In this document: positions 1 to 11,500 of the stretch, piece after piece
Position numbering within the stretch: the first letter of the stretch is position 1
How the letters are laid out: each line of letters starts with the position of its first letter
Source of the DNA: Phoronis australis
Taxonomy: Eukaryota; Animalia; Phoronida
Assembly (NCBI GenBank): GCA_002633005.1
Contig: NMRA01000054.1
Coordinates: 85,006-149,005 of the forward strand
Direction: 5' to 3'
Length of the DNA stretch: 64,000 nucleotides
Translations under genes and position numbers: made by a program
Notes under the pieces: generated by a model
Database searches by the model: none
Told to the model about the DNA's origin: nothing
Seen by the model: the letters and a program-made list of their open reading frames with translations, nothing else

Positions 1-910
1 CTTTTTAAGGCTAATTATCCAATGTAACAGCAGATGAAGCGGAATACATTTGCCTGTTTTTGAGGTACACTCTAGTGTCAAGTTTCTCATAATAAACGGG
101 AAAAAACACAGTTTTTGTGACTTTTTGAAAACCGAACCTTCAGCAAAAAAAATGCAGTATAACAACCTATGTGATGGTTAAATGCAACATGCAAATTATG
201 AGCTCCATCGGTGATACTGCATCCGCCAACATTTCAAGCATTTGCAGATTCTACCAAAAAGCCCGTCTTAAACTCTAAAATAAATCAAGAAGGAAGCGTC
301 GCTTTCAACCAGCATTTAAGAAAATCTGATACCTAAACTTATGAGACTTTTACACTCCGAATATGAACGTACATTCAGAACGTCATAGCCCAAAATATGT
401 TACCAAAGAGCTAGATTCAAAAGTACACCTCAACTTTTTTCCAGATGTTAGTTTCATGTACTTCATTATCAATATCTTCTGATGACCGGACCCTGACATT
501 CGTTTTTAATATGTGGAGGAATCCTCACACATAGTTAAAGAGGTTTTAAAACAGTTTAGGAAATGCAAAAAGACTCAGTGAGTGACAGGAAAAATGCATA
601 TTCTAATGTATTATCAATTCACCAGTATGTAGTACCCTAAGTTCACAAAACGAAATTTAACAAAGCATTAATCACCAAATGCTATTACTATAATGTCTAT
701 ATCATGGGACCAACCTTTCTTATTTTGCAGCGAAACTTACTGATTGATAAATTAACAGCGTACTTCTTTACTAAGTATATGTGTCAATGATCTTCAGTTT
801 TTCTGTTTAGCACAACTGAAAAATTGCAAAACAAGACGTGCTTTCATATATGATGCATATACTTTATTGTTAACTGCATTTTTAACGCACCTGCATGATA
901 TTTCTTTTAG

Positions 911-982
911 CCCAACTTTCCGTGTCCCCTCGGGCAAGACTGTCACAACGGTGTTTGTGTGAAACCTGATCCCTCGTGCGCT
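911..982 (+). CDS. Gene A repeat exon (72 nt, phase 0-0)
   Basis: tttcttttag|CCCAAC...TGCGCT|gtaagt; encodes PNFPCPLGQDCHNGVCVKPDPSCA. Confidence 0.85.
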
Positions 983-3900
983 GTAAGTTTAAGTTTGACT
1001 GTGATGAGCAGCAAGTTATGCCAAACCCAGTAAATATTTTTGCAACTGCCTATCTGCATATTAGGCATGCATATTGCATAATACCTCATCAGAGTAAAAC
1101 TTTTTATACCACAATATTAGCGTCAAATGGCAGATACAACCGTGTAATAACCCATAAAGTTATCTCACTAGTGAGATAACGATTTAGCGGGAAACCGAGG
1201 ACGGGGTCGAACCCGGGACCCTAATATTGCTGGTCGCCGACTTTACCACTACACCACGCAGCGACTGACGTCATCAAGAGTGAAAATAGAATACTTAAAT
1301 GAGCACGCGCAATAATCGCACGTTCAACAAACCGCATTGTACTGTACTTATACGCTCCGAAAAATAAGACACATAATTTCCATAAAAATGATATCTTAAT
1401 TCAGTGAAATTTTTCTCTCATGTCCTCTTACTTGTAAATCACCGATCTCCAGTTTGAATGCAGGTATCGTGTCGTCAGGATCTTTGACTTGAAAATTATA
1501 TTCAGTTACCAGTGGTAACCTACTTTAGCAGACGATAATTTCCCGGTCGAAGCTTAGCGTGTAAAAACGTGTTTTAAGCTATAATAGTTGCTTAACCTTA
1601 ATTTAGAGATTTACTTCATTTCTATTTTGTTTAAATTTCAAATTGGTTTTGAGCATAAGTATTATTTGACAAAAATAGCTCGGCTTTTCTTAAAAGGTCA
1701 CGACCTCCGACCCCGGGCCTCTGACATAGAAAGTAGTTACAAAGCTGAGGCGAGTCGAGAAAGGTAGATCGATTCATTGCAATGTTTCTCGTTTAGTATG
1801 TGGTATAAATAGATTATTACATGTTCTCAGTCGTCATCCCCCTTATCTAGAGCCCTCGTGGATTTTGTAGAATTATCACCCTCGGGGCTAACGCCCCTCG
1901 GGCGATAATTCTCCAAAATCCACTCGGGCTCTAGATAACGGGGGATAACGACTTCGCCATGTAATAATCTATATTTATCAATCATAGTAGAAACAGTTAT
2001 TTTTATCATTGCCACATGACGTTAACAAAAGCAGCCAGTGTCTGTAACTGTTGTGTCTAAATTACTGATGAATAAACGTCGGTCAATTTTTGTAACACTG
2101 ATTTATGCCAAAGGTTTGAAATCGCGACCCCCTAAAGTGTTTTGACTTGCCCTGGTGATCACGAGAATCGATGCAATAAACTTATAGGAGTTGTTTTTTA
2201 ACCTGAGTAATAGAACTGAAAATTGTGTGCGTTTTCGTAAGTGCGAGAGTGTTCTTTTTGAATCACTGGGTTAATCATTTTTACGCTCTACATGAAAACA
2301 CAGACTACTGTCTTTAGGATTACGTGTACCAAGTTACCCCGAAAATATTGTTTTCAAAGTATATGCGAAACGCCAAGTACTGCGTGCTTACTCCAAAGGG
2401 CTCGGAAGGCCTTGGTGCGAATATACAACTTTGCGCCCTTGTGGGTAAATACTGGCCGAATAAAATCTTCCTAGAGTAATCTAAAATATTTACCGGCGTT
2501 TCAAAAATTGGTTTTCTACAATTATTCTGCTGCTAAAGCTGTGTGATCTTTTGCGTCGACTGTTGACGCAATGAAATATTGCGTCACCTATTAGCCAGTT
2601 TCTTTTTTCCCAGATTCTTCAATCAAAGGTTCTCCCTCGAGGTTGCGTGTCACAACAAATGATCAGAATTGGTTTCATTTCAATATATGTTTTTGGAATT
2701 TTGATATCAGTAAACCGAATTTTAAAACAAATTTTGCTGAGATATTGTCATCATCTAATGGGAGATGTCGAAAAATATCTGGAAGTGGCGCGTGTCACGA
2801 ATGAACTCTTTTCAAACCTACGAAATACGTTTTTTGTTACAAAAGGCAGAGAATTACGCAAGAAAATGACGTCGGATATTTATCGCTTAAACGGCCGTAA
2901 CGGGCAAGTTGAATGTCAATTGACTTCCAGATTTTGCATGCACATCCGCCGGTCGAGTTAGCTCATGTTGATATAAGCTTGACGACGAGGTGACGAGTGT
3001 GCTTTGTGCAATTTCGAGGTCTGTCAGAGCTCAAACACAGTGGCACCTTGCTGTATTTTGACAATAGTCTTCATACAGCTAGCTGGATAGATAGAAAGGC
3101 TCTAGCTTCGAAACAATTTTTTACTCCGAAAGTGACAACAAGTTCAGAATGATGACGGGTGATGGATGACACTATAAACCGATCTCATTCTTCCGTTTTC
3201 ATGCGCCCATGATCTTAATGTCGGCGCTATGTTCAAACCATTGTTTAGGTTGATCCTAAAATAAATTATAGTTCTATTGGTGTACCAACATGTTAAGAAA
3301 TTATACAGAAATAAACAATAATTATCAGTGGTAAAGCGCAATATGCAGCGTGATGAAGTGATGATCAAGAGCAACAATGGATGAGCGCGAATGCGTGCTG
3401 CTTGTTGAGCATTCCGCGTCATGAAAACACTTGAGGTCGTAAAACATCCAGCGTTGTATTCTGATTTTTATGCAATGTTACTGTAAAATTTCAAATCTCT
3501 TGCTTGTTTTTATGCATAATGTGCTGTTTAAAAAGTCTAATATTTAAAGTTAGTAATTATGCTTCCGCGATACCACTTAACGTTGGATTTTACCACGCCG
3601 TCATTAATTCAACATAAAGTTTTAGGTTGGTGTAATGTCATGCACTTCGTATTTGTAGGTTGATTCTATTTTACCTCCTTTCAATAGTTGAACAAAAGTT
3701 GATAAACCGATGTCAAGACCGGAGTTGCCACTGGTGAACGAACAGCGAACAGTTAAATGTTTGTTTGGCCAAAGTTCACCCGCTAAGTCATAAAATGGTA
3801 ATTGCCGACCAAGGACACGCTTAATCCGAATTGGTTGTCTACGCTAGGTGACCACTTTGCCGCCCCAATTGCCGACCGCAGAGGCGATTCAGCAGACGGC

Positions 3901-5516
3901 TCCTAGCCGACCGTTGTTGGTCGGCTGCTGGTCGACCAATTTCCGACCGGTCGGACAAAAATTCGTGATGTGGGCCTGTATTCAGACGGAATTGTTTAGT
4001 CTGAGAATGACTTGACTAATTTTTTATCTGGTTGTATTTTGCATGTTACTTACTGTACATCGCTGGAAATGGGAACAGCACACTATTGTGAAGGTCCCCA
4101 CTACTCCGACGGTTCACTACTCCGAAAATATCTAAATTTTCGAACCCAGGTTTAATACCTATACTTTTGCATTCAAAAGTAAACGATACTTCGGTTATTA
4201 TATGCTCTGACTGGTGTACCTATACCGAAAACAACGTCCGCAGATTGATTTCATGCGCATACGAAATTGCCTGCATGTCTTACGAATACGGAAAACTAAG
4301 TACGTTCTTGCATTTTTAAAAGGATACCAAATCCAAGTTTTGCCTATTGACAATTACTAAAAATGACTTACCCATCCAGTTCTCTAAAACAAATTATATT
4401 CTGTAACCACTGACAACCCTCAAAAGTTTACTGAAAATTTTGAACACTTCTCTCAAAGTTTGCTAAACAAGCAAGCGTAACCTAGGTTTTTTGCGAATTA
4501 CACGACAACTGTGGGAAAGGTCCATTAAAGAAGGCCCATATTGTCCAAACTATGACAAAGAGTGTATGAATTTTCACGTGATTCCTTCCTTAAAAAGGAT
4601 TCTAAATCCTATTTTGATGATTTCAACGAATCCTCGTTCTCTCACTTGCTGTTGCATCATTGGCAACAATCCCTGCCAGTCTTTACAAAGTCAAAAGGTG
4701 TGCAATTATGGTTACTAAATGGACAAAAACAATATTTCATTCATGTCAGTTCCGACTCATTAGCAGACAATCAGAGTAATGAATTGTTGGAGTAGTCAAA
4801 CGTCAGAGTAGTGGACTTTACCCTGACGAAAAGTGAACCTTCGGAATTCTGACGCGTAAACTTGGAAATCTTTTGCATCATGTTTGGTGCTCGTATGAAG
4901 TCTGCGAGGCTTTGTACCATTGTCACAGATGGACAAGGGAACACTTTCTTCTTTGACCAAAGATTCACTAGGTCTAGACCTGCTTTTCCCCAGTACTGTG
5001 AACATGTCCGTTTCCTCAGTGCAAGAACATACGGTAGTAAGTGTCTGGTTTTTGTTTGAGCAACGACTGAAGATTGCCTATAGTGAACTCTGGCGTCGGC
5101 GTGTACTGGATTTAAAAGAATGAAAACGCACACACGTGTACACGCGCATGCATTTCAATACATCAATCCACCATGAAAGTGGACACTGGATGAACAACAA
5201 TCATTTGACGATCACCTTCAATTAGAAATTTGAAATGCCTGCACATTATCCTACTATGCTAGCAAGTACACCAAAATAGCAGATGACAATCATATTTTCT
5301 GCTGTTTTTTTTCTTGGTCGATTTTAAGACCTTCACGCCACACTAGTTTTTGAGAGCTAGGTCGCTATTTTAAAGCTTAAGTAGATATAGACATTGCAAT
5401 CTAGACTCCCTTGTTACCCTATAATGTATCGTTGGCCAGAAGCAAATTCTTCTAACTTAGTTATAATTGTAGTTAGTACTACCTGTAGCTGCAACAATGT
5501 TGTTGTTGTTGTTGTT

Positions 5517-5596
<80 letters not shown>

Positions 5597-8500
5597 CCAC
5601 CTATACCCTATCTCTAACAGATAGCTGGGGCTGGACCTTTTCCCCCTGGCTACGGGCCTGAACTGTTAGCGGCTCAAAGCGATGCAGAATTCTCAACAGT
5701 TCCGAAAGCATACGTTTTTATGCGCCCACATATTTATATGTGGACGCATTATGCCGTCATCTCCGTCCGTCCGTCCGTCCGTCCGTCCGTCCGTCCGTCC
5801 GGGCGGCGTCCGGCGTCTGGCGTCCGGCGTCCGCTGCTCTATCTCCAAAACCCTTTGACATACGTTCATGAAATTTGGCACATATGTTCCATTCATGAAT
5901 GGGACGGCACGTGCGAACTTTCGGACGGATCCGACTACCGGTGTGCCCCCTAGTGGCAATTTTAGTTTTTTACGCTTACCTTTGTATCTTCAAAAGTATT
6001 GAACGGATTTTCATGAAATTTGGTATGTAGGCACCTATTAGTGAGATGACGCTATCCTACTGTTTTCAGATGGATTCGACGTAGTTTGCGCCACCTAGTG
6101 GCCATTTTTACTGTTTTCGAGTCTGTATTTTTGCGTCCACCCCTCTATCAACCAAACCGCTCAAAGGATGATTGTGAAAATTGGCGTGTATGTGCTTACT
6201 ATAAGGAAGACAGCTGACAATGATTTTCAGACGATTTGGACTACTGTGGCGCCTCCTAGTGGCAGTTTTTTTTTTTTGCGCCCATGGCTGTATCTCCCAA
6301 ACCGTTTGCAGGATCTTTACTAAATTTAGCAAGTGTATTTATGTGATGTTGACAACGGACGATGACGACTTTAGGATGATTCTGACTACCGGTATGCCTC
6401 TAGTGGCAATTTTAGTATTTGCCTCTAGTGGCAATTTTAGTATTTTACATTGACCTCTGTATTTTCATAGGTCTTCAGGTGTATACTTTGTGTTACTTCG
6501 TGACTATGAAGGAAAAGTTCCAAGTAGAAATTTGTTTCTGGCATTCTAATGCTGTGCTAATCTCGTATGTTGGTAAATTTGTTTTTATTCTATGTTTCTG
6601 TGGTGCTTTAAGCAACTGGTGTATAGGATGTGCTTGTATTATGAAGATTACTCACATTTTGCCCCTAGCCTATTGAGGAGACAATGACCATGCCTTTCAA
6701 TTTTGCTAAGTACAACATACTACATATATGCCCTCTACTGGCCACTTTGTGGTACCAATAAACAACCCTAGAAGGATACCGTATGCGGTGCAATTGTGGG
6801 CGCATTTCAACGCTCTGCGTTGCTCTTGTTAAGTTAGCGCGCATTCCGAATACTTTTGTGATTATGCGTTTCTAAGTCTGGATAGCACTTCGAAAACTTG
6901 TTTCTGGACTTCTCATTTCAGTCCACCTTGTGCAAATCTGGAACCGTATGTAAAGATGGTGTTTGTATTCCTGTTGTCCCGGAGTGCAAGGTAAAATGTC
7001 TGGTAACACATGGCGAACATGAAGTAAGGACTGCATGTATGTTTGCTTTGCAAGTAATAATAGCATGAACATTCTAATTCCTCAGCGAGAAACGCTCTAA
7101 CAACAGACATCTCGGACATACGTATTATAAGATCATAATCTTGCCATACGGGTCAGATTTGTAGAAGAGGGAAGTGCGTTCCATCTTGTGCTGTATGTAT
7201 TAAAATGTGTTCCAAAAACCATCACAAAACTCAAAAGCGTCAGGAAATATGCCTTCCGTCACAAAAACAATTATTTATTGAGACCAATAACTGTGAAATT
7301 GGTATTGAATTGCTCGCAGAGTCAAATTCTGAGTGATTTCAGGATTTGAATGTCCTGACAGTTCACTATTGCTCAAGACCAGACCCTTCGAACTGATTTG
7401 TCACGTGTCATTTTCTTTCGCTTTGCGATCTCTGAACTACGAATTGAAAGAACCCAACTTTTGAGTTACACCATTAGTCTCAAACTGTTCCCGGTTCATA
7501 TAAGAATTGATTTCTGGTCTGAAAAAGAAATGACAGCTTGCCTAATGGTTACACCACGAAAAAGGCGCCAGTTAGCTCATGAACTAGATACGCAACGTCT
7601 CTCAAATGTTTTGTCGGAACTCCGCCCTGGTTCGGCTTTGTGATGCAAACAAGACATGCTGCTTCAAATTCCCCTCTCAGCAGCTGTACTACAGCGCGAT
7701 ACCTCGATCGTGGAAAATAAGGCCCACTTCAGCTTCGACTGATTTTTTCAACATCTTAGGCTAAAACTTTCCACTCTGGTGAACAATGACCATTAAAATT
7801 TCGAGTTATGTTGGTTACAGACAGAAGACGTTGAAGGCAAAACGTTTTATTTGTATAGGCTTAAAACTTCACATGCCAGCTACTTGAATATCTTGAGAAA
7901 CGAAGACGTTTTGTGCCACGTAAGGCAACGCAAATGCGCTTCAATTAATGACAATCGACTTGTTACTGGAGATAGACAGAAATTATGCTTTTACTCAGAT
8001 GTGTGTTGTATTAAACCAATTTAAAACCAGCGAATGTTGTGAGCACACCGAACAAAAGCTATCGATCCAATACTACTATGAGTGGGTCACAAGATATTTG
8101 AAATAATATTTACCCTCGGGCTACCGTGTGGTTTCTTACTGATGCAATTTAAAACACACCACTTAGAGGATGTCTTGGAATCCAAACATTTTTGGATCAG
8201 GTGTGGAAGTATAAACGATTTGAACAAAACTTCTAAACGTGTAGAATTCAGATCACGAGAGACAAACTTAAGTGGGTTAATTAGTTCCTGAATTTTTTGT
8301 ACGAGCTCCCGAACGCGAGGTGTGAATGAGAGTTTTTCATTTAACCGTATACCGAGATGTCTGTGCGACTGTTTTCTAGGAATGATTTCATTATTAAGTT
8401 CAAGGTCATAAGACGGGTCAACAAGGAAGAGAGCATTAATAGATTTGGAGAAGGTGAGGTCAGCGCTTTTTTCTGGTTTGAAATTCATTCTCCATTCTTG

Positions 8501-11500
8501 TGACCAATAGCTGAGTTTACTTAAGTCGTGTTGAAGCTTCAAAGAACTTTCAGGGCTGCTCCCTGCGAAGGGGTAAAAAAGCGCCGTGTCATCTGCATAA
8601 AGCTATGTGCTACATGACAGGTTATCAGGAAGGTCATTAATATAAACCAAGAAGAGAAAAGGGCCCAATACGCTACTCTGCGGTACACCTGCGTTTACAA
8701 ATCCAGGAGGGGATAAAGTTGAAATTACGCCGTCGACACGAACACTCTGCGTTCTATAGGAGAGATATGAGGTGATCATGTTTAAAAGATTACCAGTAAT
8801 GCCATAGGATCGAAGTTTGTGAAGTAGAAGGTCGTGAGGGACACTGTCGAAAGCAGAATCTATATCTAGAAAAATGGACCTGACACGATCGCCCTTCTCA
8901 AAGTGTAAATGAATCTCATGTACTATTTCACGAAGTTGTGCCACGGTGCTGTTCCCCCGCAAAAAATTGACGATGATAGATCAAGTTGTTTTGTTTGAAA
9001 TGTAAGAATACTTTGAGCAATGATCTTCTCGAAGATTTTGGACAGGATCTTAAGTAAAGTTATTTGGCGATAATCTCAGTTTTGGAGTCTTTTTCGTGTA
9101 TAGGGACCATAATTCCATGTTTCCAAGAAGACGGATATATACCTGGCTGACGAAGTTTGTTAAACAGATTGGACAGGGGCATAGTAATTTCGTTGGCAAT
9201 CATTTTGACCACCTTGCGGGTTATTAAAGCTGTGCCCTCATTCTTATTGGGGTGAATTTCATTGAGATACTTCCGGACATCAGTTTGATTAGCCGGGATG
9301 TCAGGCAGTTGGTTGTAACAACGTTCACGAAGAAAGGGAAAGTTACCTACTTCAGTTGGTGTAATGTGGCTTTTGTTCGTGAAAAAAAATTGAGAAACAG
9401 GTCACACTTGTCGCTGCTACTTGAGGCTAGGTTACCGTTATGGTTGATGACTGCATAAGAGGATTGTTGTTGACAGCCGCGTATTTCATTGATGATGTTC
9501 CAGTATCCTTTGGAGTTCTTGCTTGCGCTGTTAATTTGTTGAAAAAGCTTGTGGCGGTGATCAGATTTGGCTTGATTTACTGAAGTTTCAACCAGGCGTG
9601 CCTGCTCCTGTATCTGTTGTAGATGATAGTGTTGTTAGATCTTCTGAAAGAGCTGTAAAGTATGTTTCTTGTGCGGATTGCCCATTTAACATTATTGTCG
9701 AACCATGGTTGGCTGTTGTGTTTAATTATCTTTTCAGTTGATGGGATGTTGTTTTTTAAAATTTCATAGAGAGTACTAGTGAGGAGTGAAACAGTGTCAT
9801 CAATGTCACCAGTTAGTGTCCAATATGGAATCCCAGTCTGTGTATCTGATATCCTGACGTAAATTATCGGTGTCGACTTGTTCATGTTTCCAAATGGTTC
9901 GTGTGGTGTGTTGTTTTTTAACCGATTTTTAGGCGTTAGAGTGGTTTCGATTGTGTGGTGATCAGAATTTCCAACAGGAGGTAGTACAGAACATGAGTGA
10001 ATGATACTCAAATTATTTGTTATGCAGAGATCAATACAAGAATGAGAAACGTCGGTGATACGGGTTGGCTCATTAATTAGCTGTATGCAGTCATTAGACA
10101 ATGAGATATATCAAACAATTGTATTCCGGCCGTATTGTCATGATCATCATTGTACCATGTATAGTTTTGGGCATTGAAATCACCATTTATGATTGTAGTA
10201 ACGCTGTTGCGGTTAAGTTCCGCTAACTGATCGGCTAGGGCTTTGAAACAGTTTTTTTTTCAGTTGGTGATTGAGAAGGTGATCGATAAAACAACCCATA
10301 GTAAATTTTTCTGCAACTGCTGTATCGAAATAAATTTGCCTAACTGAGGACAAGTTTAGCTAGGACATAATTTAGAGCAAAATTTTTTGAAAGTTGCAGT
10401 CTGGAGAAATTGTTGGATTTAATGCTATTAATATTTGAAAATAGGATTTTAAAGGTAGTATTGTCTTCAGGCCTAGGACTTTCTTCAACATAGCCATCTA
10501 AAAGGAGGCACATGCCAATGACGATTCCGTAATCCATACAGGTGTTATGCAAACAATAATGAGACACATCAGTAAGCTGAACCCGCGATAGCGTGATATC
10601 TCATTCGATGCCCGTGAGAAGAATTGAAATGTGACCATGCGGGGGAAAACATTGTAAGACCAGAGAAACTCACACTACTCGAGTCACTCAAAGGATAGCA
10701 GTATTTAACAATTAATACACCAATGCTTATTGAAAATTCAAGGGTTGTTAAATGAATAAGGTAGTTTGGACAATTAGGGGAGTCATTTTTAAACAACACA
10801 ATTATATCATAGGCTCGCTTACAGGTATATAAATAGCAACTTAGTTGAAAAGCACAACATATAAATTCAATCTTGGGAAACCAGTTAGTTCTGTTGCAAG
10901 TGAATACAAAACACATAGTTATTTAAGGATGTAATAAGGGAAGTCAGGTGATAATGATTGACCTAAAGATATGCACAGAGGAAATATGACCAATTAGTAA
11001 CGGACAAAAGAAGGTGAAAAATAAAAGTTTCGACACTCAAATTCGCGGAAGAAAACGAGAAATGAAGTATTGAAGATCTCTCACTATGGATAACTTATCT
11101 GAAACACGTTTTAGAATTGATATAAGGCTATAAGTGCTTACCACTATAGGTCACCCAGTAATGACTGATCAGCTCATGTGTTCGGTGTTGTCTTCTGAAT
11201 TGAAATTAACTTTCTCAAAGATTAGAACACAAGTTTTGACAGTTTTCAACTTGAAACTCATGATAAACTAAAGTATGGTGACAGACAGTGCTCAGCGTGA
11301 TTTTTTCACGGGCAAAATAAAGCAGTAATAATTATTTAATGTTATGGGGAACCATTCTGAAACCCACAACAAAAACCAAATGTAGCTGTATATTCTGCAC
11401 CTGACTGACAGAGGACAGAGCAAGTGTCTATAAACTAAATCAATATTTTACTAAGTGAGAAGTGTCAGCAACGTGTTTTTGAAACATTTATATCCGTTAT

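Noticed and set aside
1196-1260. Functional tRNA gene (also 48135-48200)
   Set aside because: Pol III boxes are present but no complete cloverleaf forms, so I treated them as SINE-like.
5394-5624. Poly-Val ORF that looks like a membrane protein
   Set aside because: It is the translation of the (GTT)n microsatellite.
5693-5959. ORFs with GRTD/SVRP repeats
   Set aside because: They are translations of the (CCGT)n tract in a HINE-like element.
5870-6440. Regularly spaced repeats suggesting a CRISPR array (also 29480-30650 and 32800-33400)
   Set aside because: The units are long, degenerate and inside eukaryotic transposons. There are no constant repeats with unique spacers and no cas genes.
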